A stretch of DNA of 64,000 bases from Lama glama. Taxonomy: Eukaryota. This document shows positions 1 through 13,610 of the stretch, one piece after another; position 1 is the stretch's first letter, and every line of letters starts with the position of its first letter. Location: contig CM052816.1 in the NCBI GenBank assembly GCA_028534125.1, forward strand, positions 13,084,001 to 13,148,000, given 5' to 3'. The notes below the pieces were generated by a model that saw nothing but the letters and a program-made list of their open reading frames with translations, ran no database searches and had not been told where the DNA came from. A program made the position numbers and the translations under genes.

Positions 1-1449
1 TGCACCACCTGCATTGCCTGTGTTAATCCTCAAAACAATCCTATGAAAGGTTTCTATTATTTTTTTTCTTTTTGAAGATGAAGCAGCTTGAGATGTGACT
101 CTGCCAATATCTATGGCAATTAGAGTGGTCCATTTTGACTTCAAGTTCTTAGCCACTCCTGTGCTGTCTCCCTTTGAAGATGAATCAGATGTGTCTGTGT
201 CTGATTATATTATCATATCCAATCCTTTCTCTTTTGCAAAGAAGTTCTCCAAATTAAGAGCCTCTTAATACCACCCTAAATCCACAGTCTATACAGCAGG
301 CCTTTGAATTGTCGTGTACATTTTCCTTACAATGAACAAAGAGAAAACTTTGATCTTTTCATTCACCCAGTTGAAACACTGACCTTCGCATGTTGCCTAA
401 CACAACAGGTGAAGTTACACAATCATTTTATAGCCCAGTCCTCCCTCTGCTCTTGTTACCTCCAACCTTTAAAGGACTGACCCGATGTGAAACCCACAAG
501 GCTGTCTGGAACTCACACGGTTCTGCATTCACCAAGCGCTGAGCCACGTTTATTAGGCACATTCTTACCAGTCTCAGGTGTGCCAGGTGTCTCAGCTTCC
601 CTGTATGGAAAAGACATCCCTGCTCCGTTCTCTTTCTCCTTTTGCAAAAACTCTTCGCACCTACTCCCTTGGCCTGCCTGCTTCTGGAACCTCGTTCCTC
701 TCAGATTTGCATGCTCTGACAAGTGCAAGACTGTTGAACTCTGGTGAAAATTCTGCTCTTTGCCAAGGTCAGGGAGCACCTAGGACTTCACCAAGGGCTG
801 AGGAAGAGAATCAGCTCTGAAAGTCAGCCCCTGTGTTCTCTTGTCTGCTCTGATGTCTGCCTGGGCATCCCTTCTTCTCCCACTGCCTGGAGGCAATGAC
901 TAGTCCTGAGAGTGAGATAGTAGAATGACCCACGTTAGCCTGTATCTTCTCAGGGTCAGTTTAGAATATCTGGAACGGAATCAGTTACATGTGAAGTTCC
1001 ACTTATAATCCAATAACCCACTCTTCTTAAATGTGTGTGCATCCAAAACCACCCCTCCTCAGCAGAGCGTTTTTTTGACTCCCTCAGAGATCACCCCTTC
1101 TACTCACTGTGACTAGTTTGCCCATCTGTAAAAGCAAAGAAGCGGATTAAACCATTTCTGAGGTCACTTCCAGCTCTACGGCTCTTCGATTCTAACTTAG
1201 GTTTCCATTTTCCTACACTAGAGTTTTCCCTCCATCCATCCATTTTTTCACTCATCATTGGGGAAAAGAAAATGCATATATGGAGGGCCTGCTAAGCACT
1301 AGATATTGTTCTAGGCAGAGGGGTTAAGTAATAGCCAGGATGGATAACATCTCTCTCCCGTGGGGTGTATAACCTTCTCTCTTTCCTCTCCCCCAAATAT
1401 TTGAAAGGGTAAAGAAAGCTCAGGGTAGATTTGCCCCAACAATGTTGCA

Positions 1450-1625
1450 TGATGGAATGAAACTTGAATTCAAAACCCCTTTCTGTATGTATGACCTTGT
1501 GTAGGTCATTTAAGCTCTCTGAGTCTCTCCCTTTATATGGAAAAATGGAGACCAAAGCCTAGGTCATGGAGTTGCTACAAAGAATAGAAATGTGAGCCCA
1601 GAGCCTTGCACACAGTAAGTGCTCA
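1450..1625 (+). mobile_element. MIR SINE fragment
   Basis: 'gtatgaccttgtgtaggtcatttaagctctctgagtctc...aaaatggag' core and 'cacacagtaagtgctca' tail. Confidence 0.7.
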
Positions 1626-1835
1626 GTCTCAGCAGATGACACTGCTACCGTTGTGAGCAGTAAGAGGCACCAATGCACCCAGCACGATCACTTTAGGCTA
1701 CTTTCCATGTTTTTGTTTAACTAATGGGGTTTTTGCCACAAAGGGCATCTCTTCTAATTTAATCAGGAATTCCGTGTCCACCTCCCTCGATGACATACCT
1801 GGGTTTGCAGCAAGCTGATGCAGTGGGTTGTTCCC

Positions 1836-2303
1836 TGTACTGGTTCTCTATTGCTGTTATGACGAATGACGGCAAATTAAGTAGCAGAAAACAGCACAGA
1901 TTCATTGTCTTACAGTTCTGGAGGTCAGAAGTTGGAAACGGGTCTCACTGGGCTAAGGCAAGTTGTCGGCAGAGCTGCACGGATGCTCTAGGGGAGAATC
2001 TGTTACCTTGGTTTTTCCAGCTTCTAGAGCTCCTTCCTCCATCTTCAAAGCCAGCTGTGTAGCATCTTCAACTCTCCCTCTGACTCCTTCTGTCCCCTTC
2101 CTTCATTCTGAAGGACTATTGTGATTACATCAGGCCCACCTAGATAATCCAAGATTTTACCTCTCTCTCATGACGCTAGCTGATTGGCAGCTTTAATTCC
2201 ATCTGCAGCCTGAGTTCCCCTTTGCCACCTAACCTAACATATTCACAAGCTCCAGACGTCAGGCTGCGGACGTCTTGGGGAAGTCACTGTCCTGGCTACC
2301 ACC
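1836..2303 (-). mobile_element. MaLR solo LTR (MLT1C/D-like)
   Basis: Typical MLT1 text: 'tgtactggttctctattgctg...ttcattgtcttacagttctggaggtcagaag...taggggagaatctg...gattacatcaggcccacctagataatcca...ctaccac'. Confidence 0.8.
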
Positions 2304-2709
2304 ACTCTCCTTGAGTTCCTCTCATCCACCCCCATCTTTGCGTTCCTGCTGTTACCTCCCTAACTTGGCCGCTAGTCCCTAACCTCTGGAAGCAATACCA
2401 GTATGGAGGGCCCCACAGGAGTTCCCCAGGTGACAGATCTGGATCCCAGACCATGAGCCAAGGGGCTGGAGTCCTGGGAAGTCCTTGAGTATCAGGACCG
2501 ACCTGTCCTTCTCCCTCCCTCCCTGCTGTAAGCTCTTGTCTCCCATGCTTCCCATTAAAGTATGAACACCTCATCCTGGCCTTAATTAAAGGGGCTACTT
2601 TATCCCTCCTGGACAGCACTTGCCGCTTACTGAGAGTGGGACTTTACATGGCTGGCATCTTGAAAATCCATCATCGAAGTCTAAAACAGCCAGGTCCTTA
2701 ATGTCAACT

Positions 2710-2890
2710 TGAATTCAAATCTCAGTTCCACAACTTATTATGATCTTGGAGACGTTATTTAACCCCCTCAGACTTCTATGTTTCTATCTGTAAAATGGGT
2801 GTAATACCTTTCTCAAAGGACTGCCGTGGGAATCAAATGACTTGATGCATATAAAGCCCTTGTCCAGTAACTGGCGCATCATGGATATTT
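2710..2890 (+). mobile_element. MIR SINE fragment
   Basis: 'ttcaaatctcagttcc...ttatttaacc...tttctatctgtaaaatggg' MIR core. Confidence 0.7.
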
Positions 2891-2910
2891 AAGTCACGGA
2901 AACTATATAG

Positions 2911-3137
2911 CAAAGGTCAGCAAACTTTTTCTATAAAAAGCAGACAATGAATATTTTAGGTTTTGTGGGCAGGACAGTCTCTGTGGCGGACACTGATCCC
3001 TTTTCAACTACGGTAGTGTGAAAGCAGCCATAGGCAAGACAAAAACAAAACCGATGAGCGTACCTGTGTTTCAATAAAACTTTATAAGAACAAGCAGAGG
3101 GCTATGTTTGGTCTACAGACCCATTTGCTGACTCCTG
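2911..3137. mobile_element. hAT-Charlie MITE (MER58A-like)
   Basis: Imperfect terminal inverted repeats 'caaaggtcagcaaa' / 'tttgctgactcctg'; internal 'aatattttaggttttgtggg...aaagcagccata...caataaaacttta'. Confidence 0.85.
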
Positions 3138-3489
3138 ATCTACAGGCATATCTCAGGGGTGCCCAATTCACACTCATTGGCTTGCTGTTGCCAAAGTGAA
3201 TTAGACAAATACAAATATTCAGAGTCCCAAATGCATGAGTAATCTGCACCTGGCTTTGAACTCAGAGTCAGAGGCCCTTGGAGATTAGTCACCCTCCATC
3301 TCAGACAGGATCCAGTCACGTGTGTGAGGAAGCCCTGATCATGCTCTGTGGTGATGAACCAGCCAGCAGAGCCTTTCCTGACACACACAGTTTTGAGTTT
3401 GATACATTGCAGTACAACTGAGTGCTGGTTACATGGCAATAATCAGAATGACTGGGAGTTTAACTCTATAAGCATAGCAGTTTTGGTCT

Positions 3490-3890
3490 GATTCGCTCAC
3501 TCGTGTTTCCTAATCGTCTAGAATAGTGCCTGGTAATGGGAGGTATTCAACAAATAACTGTGGAATAAATGAATGAATGATGAATCTGGCCCACCCAGCT
3601 CTGCCTGGCCTACTTCCCTGGAAACTTCAAGCCTCAGATTAAATATCGCTTTCTCTGACTGTCCACCATCCCATTAGATCAGATTCCTCCATTCTGTGCC
3701 TTTTCCCTCATTATGCTTATCCCTGTTACAGTTCATATAATGATTCTTCTAAGCACGTGTTTAATGCCTGTCTCCCTTCTAGAGCATGAGCCCGCTGAGG
3801 GCAGAGATGGGGGGCCGTCATGTTCCCTGCTCTCCCTCGCACCCAGCAAGTGCCCAGCATCAATTTGGCACATAGTAAATATTGTTGCAT
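3490..3890 (+). mobile_element. L2 3' fragments
   Basis: 'tagaatagtgcctgg...aataaatgaatgaatga' and 'tgtctccctt...gagggcagaga...gtgcccagca' L2 3' motifs. Confidence 0.65.
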
Positions 3891-4599
3891 GACTCACAGA
3901 TGTTGCTAAACAAACAAAAATTTTTTTAACCTAGAAAGTTCTGTCACTCTCTAAGCCCAGCCCAGAGGACAGCATGTGTCATCACTCTGTATAAAACACC
4001 CCACAGTCCTAAAATCTTCTGCAGGGGACTTTTCTTGACCTTTTCATTTTTTTTTTGCTTGACTGCCTGACAGAGGCTTCTGCTTTCCCCATGCCCTGAG
4101 CATCCACACAGCTGCACACTGAGCACAGACCTGTTCAGAGAGGCAGCTTCCTGTCACGTGGGGGGCTCCGGAATTAGTTTTCTGCCACAGCTGAACAGTC
4201 TAGAAGGGCCTGAGCCCACCTCTGCTGATCATCAGGCAGAGAGACCCCAAGTTCCACACCGTCAAACGTGGCCCCCTCCGCAGGTTCCGCCCTGGCTGCC
4301 ACATCACCCTCCCCCCTGTGAAGAGGGGGGCAGTCTGGTTCTTCACAGGCCTCTATTGGCAATGGGGTCAGGAGAAAGGATGCCATCAGGGGCTGTAGCG
4401 TGGCGACCTGGGAGAGAGGCCAGAGCACCAGTCAGGAGCCTGAGCCACCCTAGGCTAAAACAAAAGCAAGGCTTTGTGTGTTATTTCAGCGCTTTGTGTT
4501 TCCATGGCACATCCCTTGCCACCCGCTAATGCCCAGCTTCCCACCTTCACCAGGGGCTGGGTACCTGTAGCACTGGTACGTGCAAGTCGGCTCTGCCCC

Positions 4600-4900
4600 T
4601 TGCTGGCTCACTCTCCTAAGTCACTTAAAAGCTCTGAGCCTCAGTTTCCTCATTATGAAATGGCCATAAGGCCTGTTTGATGGAGCTGCTGTAGGGGTCT
4701 AGGATTCAGAAATAACAGTAATCACAACACTGACAGATAACAGCGTGCGGGCCTGTAGGATGTGCCGACACCGTGCAGCAGACTCTAGATGTGTTAAATC
4801 GCTGCATCCACGCAACTGCTTTCCGAGGGAGAGCCTCTTCTTGCTCCCATTCTCATGGATAAGTAAACTGAGGCTGCAGAGATGTTCAACCACTTCCTCA
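4600..4900. mobile_element. two oppositely oriented MIR fragments
   Basis: 'ctctgagcctcagtttcctcat...aaatgg' (+) and 'gtaaactgaggctgcagagatgtt' (-). Confidence 0.6.
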
Positions 4901-6704
4901 AAGTCACTGGCTGGTCCACTGTGATGGGGTCCGTAGGACCTTTCATTACCCCAGCAGTTCCAAGCTTGGACTCAGCGGCCAACAGCATAGATGAAAATCC
5001 AGGCTCTGCAGTGGACCAGCTGGGCGACCTTCCTTTGTTCCCGTGTCCATTCTGCAGCCCCACCAACAGCTCTGTGAGATTACTTCCCGGGAAGCACCTG
5101 GTCTGTCTTGCTGGTCACCCCAACCATGTGGCCAAGTGGTAATTGGTGGGGAGCTCAGTTCAGTGGGAATTCAGCCATGTTCATAAAGCGTCCATGTCTC
5201 CCCTCTGCGTATATGAAGGTAGCGCTCCCAGCTAGGTTTTTAACACTGTCCAGTGTTCCTGTGCTTCAGGTTGGTCTGCTTCCAGACACAGGAAGCCGAA
5301 TACACTTTTTGTACCCACCCCTGTTATTCTGTCCTTCTGAAGATGAGAAGTGGGTGGGTCTCACTGCGGCCCACAGAACTGCCTGAGCCCTAACCCCAAA
5401 AGGACTCCTGCCGCGGTGGCAGGAGAATTGGGAGGACCGAAAAAGTAAAATTGTCCCCGGTGGTAAAAATCAGACCAAATAGTGCCTGCCTGGGTGTCTT
5501 CTCGGTAAACAGTCTGAAGTCCTGTTTCCCCTGGAATTACCAGCTCAGTGAAATTTGCTTTCAGTATTTACCAGATATTTTGAAGACATGGGCAAGTTGC
5601 TGGGAGCAGAAGCCCACTAGGACACCCCAAACTGTGCTGACCCAACCCCACCCGAAAACCAAACTGCCTTGAACCTGAAATTCAAGATATTGCTCAAGCC
5701 AGAAAAGAGACCTTTGCTGAATTGAAAAAGGCAAACCAGAAGGAAAGCTTATGGACCAGATGACAATTTCAGAATGATTCTCCTTCAAAAGCAAACCCTG
5801 GTGTTTCTCTTCAGTATGCGTACAGTAACACAGGGACGACAGGGCAGACTCCATGCAAGGCATGTTTAATCCTTACAGCAGTTGAATTGCAGAATATGCT
5901 CCTCATTTGCAGATAAGTCAAGTAAGGCCCAGAGAGGTGGAGGAACTTTCCTACAGTCACAGTGCCCAGGAGGACAGACAGGGCGCAGATCTAGGTCTGT
6001 CAGGATCCAAAGCCGGTCTTCCCCCCGTCCGCCAGGGCTCCCTGCAAGCTGAACTGACTTCAGCTCTTAGGCTAGGAAGTCCTTGGGCCTCCTCCACACT
6101 CCTGCCAAAAAGCAGCTTCAAAGATTGAACAAAGAAGCTGATGACTTAAGTGAACAGCAGGGGGGCGCCATGCATGTTTTCGGTTCTGTCTGCAAGAAGG
6201 GACGGCGACTGGTAGAAAAGGAAGCATTTCTGTCTAATAAGTGGGCTTGTTGTCTTCGTGACAGCAAGTCTAACTGGTCTGACTGATGCTGTCAGTGAGC
6301 CGTCTAGGGGAGGGACAGGCCCGTTTTGTAGTCAAAGCAACCAGTGAAATTGACAGAACTTTCCACTTTTTGGATTGTCACTGGGGCACCACATGGGCAG
6401 AACCAAAAGGCTCAGCTCAGAAGTTTCACACATTCGCCTGAGATCTGCTACGTGGCTAATCCCCAGAGTCTTAGATTTGACTAAGAAAGAGCAAGTTTGA
6501 GGCTTCTCCCTTACGGGAACTTCAGAACATCAGAAGCCACTTCTGTGCAGCTGAACTTTGCCAACCATTCACCACTTCACTGGAGACTGCGTTCCCGCCC
6601 CATGCCCGAAGTGGTATGTTGGATGCCATTGGAATTTGAACCGTCATTATGTTTTAGTGAGAGTAATATATGAATGCATGCAATATATGAATGCAAAAAA
6701 ACAT

Positions 6705-6885
6705 TCAATATAAAATAAACAACAAGGTCTTACTGTATAGCACAGGGAACTGCATTCAATATCTTATAATAATCTATCATAAAGAAGAACATGAAAAGGA
6801 AATATATATGTATGTATAATTGAATCACTATGCTGTACACTAGAAGCTAACACAGCATTATAAATCGACTGTACATCAATTAAAA
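6705..6885 (+). mobile_element. short 5'-truncated L1 3'-UTR end
   Basis: 'aacaaggtcttactgtatagcacagggaact...gaatcactatgctgtacactagaagctaacacagcattataaatcgact...caattaaaa', the common cetartiodactyl-type L1 3' terminus. Confidence 0.8.
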
Positions 6886-6899
6886 TTTTTTTAAATTTT

Positions 6900-7083
6900 T
6901 AAAACCTTTAAATGATGTAGCAATATGTAAAGTAAAAGTTAATATCCCTTCTACCCATCCCAGCGCCTACTTTCAACCTTATTCCCTTCCCTAGAAATAG
7001 CTGCTGTTAACTTGTGGACACCTTTCCATGCTTTTTTCTAGATAGACAGATTTAGATAGGTAGATAGGTAGGTAGGTAGATAG

Positions 7084-7114
<31 letters not shown>

Positions 7115-7560
7115 GATAGATAGAATGATATAATGTTTGCATGTGTATAGGGTTTTTAAAAATCGTAATTGTTATTAGACTACATAAATTATTCTGCAGC
7201 ATGCTTTTGGTGCTCAACAATCTCTTTCCACTTAGATCTCTACACAGTTCCTTTAAAGTACTGCCTAGAATTGTATAATTTATTTAACCATTTCTCTCTA
7301 ATTAGACACTTAGGTTATTTATAATTTTTCACTCTTACAAACACTGTTTTCATGAGCTTACTTATACCTTTATCCCTGAACATTCCTCAGAATGTATCTG
7401 AGGGCAATTTCCTAGAAATAGAATTGCAGGGTCAGAGGATGTGTATTTTTATGTCCCGCTTTATTTTGATAGAAAAACTGCCAGATGACTTTGCTCTTCA
7501 AAAACATAAACAAGCAAATAAAAAACAATGCCGATTTCCTTCCAACCAACGGTCTGTGAA
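6900..7560 (-). mobile_element. old L1M(E) 3' fragment interrupted by GATA microsatellite
   Basis: 'tttatttaaccattt...gacacttaggttattt...ttcctagaaatagaattgcagggtcagagg'. Confidence 0.6.
7038..7124. repeat. (GATA)n/(GGTA)n microsatellite
   Basis: Direct tetranucleotide repeats. Confidence 0.95.
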
Positions 7561-9419
7561 AGGAAATGTGGAAATTTTGTAACACCAACTCCTCAAACCT
7601 CTGCCTGGGAGTGATCCTCTGCCAGCTAAAATGTTATTCTTGGTATCAGAACTTCCCGCTGGCTGATAAGCTCTCGGGTGCCTGGTTCTGTGGAGGTAGC
7701 GGGTGGGCTGCCCCCTACCCTACTTTAGTTAGCAAGGCAAGAACATTCCACCGCCAGCGGGGGCTCCCACCATTCTGCCTTCTTTGTAACAGTCATCTTT
7801 CCATATTGTAACTTATCTATTCACAGTGTGGCTCTTCAACTGGGGAATAACCTGCTCTGGGACAGAAACCACGCCTAGTCACTCTCGCGTTCCCCGAGCC
7901 TATCACAGCGTCTGATACCCATCAGTGCTCTCTGAGCTGTTGGTTTAATGAATGGCCGGAAGGAGGGAGGGAAAGATGAAAGGGGAAAGAAGGTAGGCGG
8001 TTCCCCTAACAAAGTTGTGAAGGTCTCCAACCTGGAGAGATTTAGTAAAGCTCTGTGTCGCATGGAGAGACTCAAGCTACTAGATTTCTGCTGTACCCTG
8101 GAAATTTGAGCCCTGGGAACCAGAGAGAAAATGCGCTTTATTTCTAAACCATCACTCAACCACAGACCTGGCATGAGAGACACTGCCCATCTGCAGTCTA
8201 AGAGTTGCAAGATAAAATACAGCATTTGTGCGATGAGAAAGCCACACTCATTTGGTTCTTCGAAGTTTTCCAAACACACTCCTTGCTCTGCTTCTCCTTC
8301 CTCTCTCTTAGATACTGACAAAGTTGTGTATGGGAAGAATGAAAATCAGGGGAGCTTCTGGTTTGACTCCAGTCTTAACTCTTCCTCAAGAGCTGTCTTC
8401 TTAGCACTTAGAGGCCTTCCAGCACCACACTGTCTTGTCTCCCCCTTAATTTTCCAGACATCCCCCAACCTTCCTTCCCACTCCATCCTGCCTTAGCTTT
8501 CTGTCCTACGCAAAGGAATCCCCTGAAGGGAGTATTTTGCTCATTATTTGAACAGCTGGAAAATTGTTCTGTCCTTTCTCGGCCCACATGTTGTACACAG
8601 GACTTACAGGATATGTTTTATCATTGACTCTTGAGCTGACTCAGGCAATTTCCAGGAAATATTAAAAATTTCCCAAAAGCGATCAAGTTCAAGAAACTGC
8701 CTCGAGCCACTCAGGCTGAACTTGCACAGTCATATCTAAGGACCGATCTCAATTGTACAACGAGGAGCTGTGCATAAAAGCAGCATCCATACACAAGGGA
8801 AAGGAAGGCAAAAATAAAAGGAGAGCTGGGAGGGAGGGAGGGGAAATGGTCTTAAAGGAAGGACATGAACAGTGTAGTTAAGGACGTGGCCAAAGGTGGC
8901 ATGTCTTGCTGAGTCAACAAAAGTGATGCAGCTTCAGGTCCCGCATTCTCCAGGACCCTCTCGCACACTAGCTTCAGTCTAATGCATTTATGCAAACAAG
9001 CTGCTTGTGGGCCTGGAACACTTGCTTTTCCGTCGATGGCCCAATGTTTGCTATACCCACTGGTAGCTTTAATTTGCAGGCCTCTGAGATGCTGTACTAC
9101 GTCAGCATCACTACGCATTAGCTTCATTGGTTCATCCAGTAATGTTTTAGCACTTCCTGTCCAGACCTACCACCACTGTCCACAGGGGCTTTCTCTTCTT
9201 CTAGCCACACCTCTGCCATCACTGTTCCTGAACGGATAGCTTGGCAATGGGAAGACCTCCCTGGTCACTCTATATATTTAGAGCCAATTAAGAATCATAA
9301 GTATTTCTTCATCTGGAGTTCTCATTTTCATTCTCTGCCTTTTGTCTCTTAGGCTGCAAATCACAATTACCACCACCACCTCAATCCAAGGACATCTTTC
9401 TAAATGCTGTTGCTTACTT

Positions 9420-9815
9420 TCATATTTTATATATTTATATATGTAAATATATAATAGTGTATATTATATAAATATGTACTATATAAATAGATATTATTTA
9501 TATATAAATATACAATGTTATCTTATGTAACATATATTTATATACATTTACATACATACACATTATATATTCTATTACAACATATTACGTATATTACATA
9601 AGTATTACATAAAAATATATTATATGTAAATATATTATGTAAATACTACATAGTATTTATATCTATAAATAATAAATATTGTTTGCATAATATATGTAAA
9701 TATATTACATAAATATTATATAGCATTTATATATGTAAATATAATATAAATCATATAAATATATTATACAATGTATATTTACATAATATATAACATATAT
9801 AATGCTATAATAGTT
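9420..9815. repeat. AT-rich (TA)n-like low-complexity tract
   Basis: About 400 bp almost entirely A/T with recurring 'atatgtaaatat' units. Confidence 0.9.
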
Positions 9816-9924
9816 ATTGTTATGAGGATATAGTTGTTTTATTTGTCAAACTAGTAACATATGTGAACTTGCTGTAGACCAGAGGTTCTTAGCCACAGGG
9901 TTGGAAGACTCGCTACGTGTGTAA

Positions 9925-10480
9925 CAGTGCTTTTGGTGGCAACTTCCCAACACCCCATTCACGCTGGATTAGACCATAAAAGGAATGTATTAGCTCCTAC
10001 GATGGAAATACATACATGAATAAGTAGATAAGAGTACACCCACGAGGATGTGTGTTACATGGACTTTAGGCATGTTTGTGTCTGGCTGTTGCTCCTCCCA
10101 GCTGCGGTTCTCTTGGCTCCGCTGGCTTCATCTCACGCTGGCGTCACTCATGGGAGCAAAGTGACAGCAGCAGTTGTAGTCACACTGCACCGCCCCTCGG
10201 AGAGGGAGCTTGTCTTCCTCGTCCCACCCCTCCCCCCAACCATTACACCACAGTCTGGTTTTCTCTCCAGGAAAAGAGAGGTCACCCTCCCTTCTCCTGA
10301 ACCAAACAGAATGATAACAGGTTCGCTTAGGTCCTAGAGCCGGGGATGGGTCAATATCCACCTAACCCCATGCGTACTGTGCGCGGGGGCACGTGTGAAG
10401 TGGGGACGGGAAGGCTGGCAGCAGTGTCCACACAGAGGGCAGTGGAGAAAGAGAAGATGCGTCACGACTGAGCTCAGAAC
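9925..10480. mobile_element. possible old MaLR LTR (MLT1K-like)
   Basis: 'tttggtggcaac...cattcacgctggattagaccataaaaggaatgtattagctc' resembles the MLT1K terminus; heavily diverged. Confidence 0.4.
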
Positions 10481-11634
10481 TGCACAACATTTGCAGAGTA
10501 TCTTATCACAGTGCAGAAGTACCCTTACGGATGATGGGAGTGGGTTGGGCATGTGAAATACTATCTAACAGGTGTGACTCAAAAGGTTGAAAACCTCCGT
10601 TCCAACCCATCAGTCACTGAGGGCGGGAACTGTGGGTTATTCCTCTTTGTGACTGTAGCACGTGACAAGTGGGAACTGAATTCACTCCTGTTCTCCCTCA
10701 CTGCCCGCCTGCTCCTCTCTGTTCTCTCTCCCGTGGCTATCCTGAGGCTTACCCTCCTCTTCCATGGCATTGCCTCCCATCTCCTCAAAACATCCACTAT
10801 CAGGGAAAGACAAGGCCCCACCCACCCTTACCACTTCTTTTCTGGAGAATATAATTTGGGGGGAAAAAGAAAACGTGAACACTTGAATGTGTGGTCAAGT
10901 GGAGTAACTTCACTGGGAGGGTCAAATAGAGACTGATGTGTTTCCCGTGTAAACAGCAGGAAAAGGCCCCCGTCCCTGACTTCAGTGCCGTTTGGCCGTG
11001 GAGCCATGTGTGGCAGACCCGGAGCTGCATAAGGCTTTGATGTAATTGGATTTCACGAAATAAAATCTTTATTTAGACTCCCCGTGTGCCATTTGTCACA
11101 TGTAGAGATGATACCCTGGCCTACTATTTTAGGGTGTGCATTTCCTATTATTATTCACTCAGAGGTGATGAGTTAAAGTGAGCTGCAGATGGCTTCTCTC
11201 AGGCCCCCTTGGGACTGTCTGTATAGTCTGGCCTATCATCTCTGACCGTGGATCAGGTTCCTTCTACTCAAAGGGACCTGGTTGAAACATGGCTGAATTA
11301 TGATTCTTATAAACTGTAAGTATTCACAAATAATGGTGCCCTGCCTTCTGAAAATTGAAAACAAAGCAACGCTTAGCTGTAAAACACAGAGTTTACATGC
11401 ATTCAGAGACCAGAATAATTTCTTTTTGGCTTTGGAGGTGGTAAAATTCTGAATAAGTGCAGTTAATCTAAACTCCTCTCTTCCCCCCTGCACTTCTCTT
11501 TCAGTGCCCTTGTTTTGCTGGTGGGACTTTAAGTACACGCCTACTCTGTCTTTGGGGGGGGGGTTTGTTTGTTTTTCCCCTTCACTCTTTTTATTTTTCT
11601 TTTTAAATCCTGTATCTCATTATGTTGGATTTTT

Positions 11635-11730
11635 AAAAATTTTCGTCGACGTATAGTCAGTTTACAATGTTGTGTCAATTTCTGGTGCACAGCGTAATGT
11701 TTCAGACATACACGCACATGCATATATACT
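11635..11730 (-). mobile_element. very short L1 3' end
   Basis: 'gtatagtcagtttacaatgttgtgtcaatttctggtgcacagcgtaatgtttcagacatac'. Confidence 0.7.
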
Positions 11731-12039
11731 CTGTCTTTTGAATAATCCAGTCCTGGGTCCAGAAGGGAATCAGATAGCTGCCTTTTACCCAGTAAGTGTT
11801 GCTGTTCTAACCTGTAGAGTGAACTTTCCCTGGCAAAACAAAAACAAAAAAACCGAACCGGTAGAAAGCCTGAAGGCAGCTTGGTTCTAACAAAAGCAAT
11901 GTTAAGGCCACCAAAAGAATTTAGCCTCCCAGACACTGGCCATTCCAGCTGCTGGTATGGTGGCCTCGTGGTGAGAGAAAGACTCTCTTTGACCAGGAAA
12001 TACAAGAGCTACTCAAGAGTTCATTTCCCTCAGTTCGGC

Positions 12040-13610
12040 TGCTGCACAGCTTTCTTATCTCATGCTTCTTTGTAAAGCCAGTTCCTCCTCTTCTGCACCC
12101 TGGACCCAGTCCCCTCTAGCTAATTCTTCCCTCCGTTGCCCATATCCTGAGAACTTTCTCCTCTTTACTGGATCATTCCTATCAGCCAACAGACATGCCA
12201 TTACTTCTCTTATCTTTAGCAATAATATTGGTATCCTCCAAACCCCTAGGGCTTCACTCCATGTCTCTCACCTCCTTGGCAGTAAAACTCCTCGCAGTTG
12301 TCTGTATGCGGAGACTCTGATTCCTTCCCCAATCCATGAAGTCTTAAGCTCAGTTCAGCCTGGTTCTCCCTGCTGCCCCACCACATGGAAAGACCTCTCT
12401 TCACAGTGCCCAGTGAACCCCACATTACTAAATGCAACGGTCAGTATTCAGCTTCGACACCAGATTCCAGGACATCACTGTCTCTTGGTCCACCTTCCCA
12501 GGCTCTGCTCTCCTGTTTCCTTTGCTTATTCTTCCTCTTCTCTTCCAAGACGGAGTGCCCCAGGGACTCCATCAACTCTCATTTTACACTCACTCCCTTG
12601 CTGCCCTCAGTCATCTTGTGATTTTAAACACTTACAGTGGCAACTCCAAGAATCCTGTCTCCAGCCCAGACCTCTCTCCTTAACCTCAGACGCAAAACCA
12701 ACAGCCAACCCAACATCCCACTTGAATGTCTAATGAACATTTTTTAACACCCCATGTCCAAGATGAACTCTCCTTTTTCCCTTCCACTCACTCCCGTTCT
12801 ACCAAACCTGTTCTGCCCTCAGTCTTGCCCATCTCAGTTGATGGCAGCCCACAGTTCTCTTTTGCTCAAGACTCTGACCAATCCATCAGCATATCCATGT
12901 CTTGAAAATAGAGCCAGAGTCCAGACTTTCCAATTATTACTACCCAGTCTAGACTGGCCAAGATTACTAGCCACCCAGCTTCCACTTTGTCCCCAGTAGT
13001 CCACTCTCAACATAGCAGCCACACCAATCCACATTCAGCAAACCAGGTCATAGTGCTCCAGTGGCTTACTCAAGGTAAAAGCCAAGGTTACACGTGGTTT
13101 GGCCCCTTTGCTTCCTGAATCCTCTGCTCTGTTTCCCTTCTTAATTCCACTGCAGACACCCTGGACTTCTTGTTCTTCCTCAGGCACACCAGGCATGCTC
13201 CTACCGCAGGGCCTTTGCACTGCATATCCCATTTGCCTGAAATATTCTTCCCCTGATACCTGCATTACAAATCATTCACCTCCTGCAAATTTTTGCTGAA
13301 ATATCACCCTCTTGATGAATCCGACTTGAGCACCCCACTTAAAACTGAAACTTGCCCATCCTCACCACTGCCGCTCTTTCTTGTTCTGTTTTTTCCAAAG
13401 CACTATCACTTTATTACATACTATATTATATATATAATATAATTCATATATATTCTTTTGAATGCCTATTATTTATTGTCAGTCTTCCAGCAACCCATAG
13501 AATGTAAGCCCCAGTGGGGCGGGGGTGAGCGGTTACCTGTCTCATTCACTTTATATCCCAGGTGCCGAGTGCACTGCCTGCTATTTCCCAGATGCTCAAT
13601 AAATAGTAAA
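12040..13610 (+). mobile_element. L2 (L2a-like) LINE, long 3' portion
   Basis: 'ctccagcccagacctctctcct...catcccacttgaatgtctaat...caggcatgctcctaccgcagggcctttgcactg...gatgctcaataaata'. Confidence 0.85.

Noticed and set aside
6154..6170. CTCF-like 'acagcaggggggcgcca'
   Set aside because: An extra G breaks the CCASYAGRKGGCRS spacing.
12062..12733. 223-aa plus-strand ORF
   Set aside because: Lies within a decayed L2; no recognisable intact domain.
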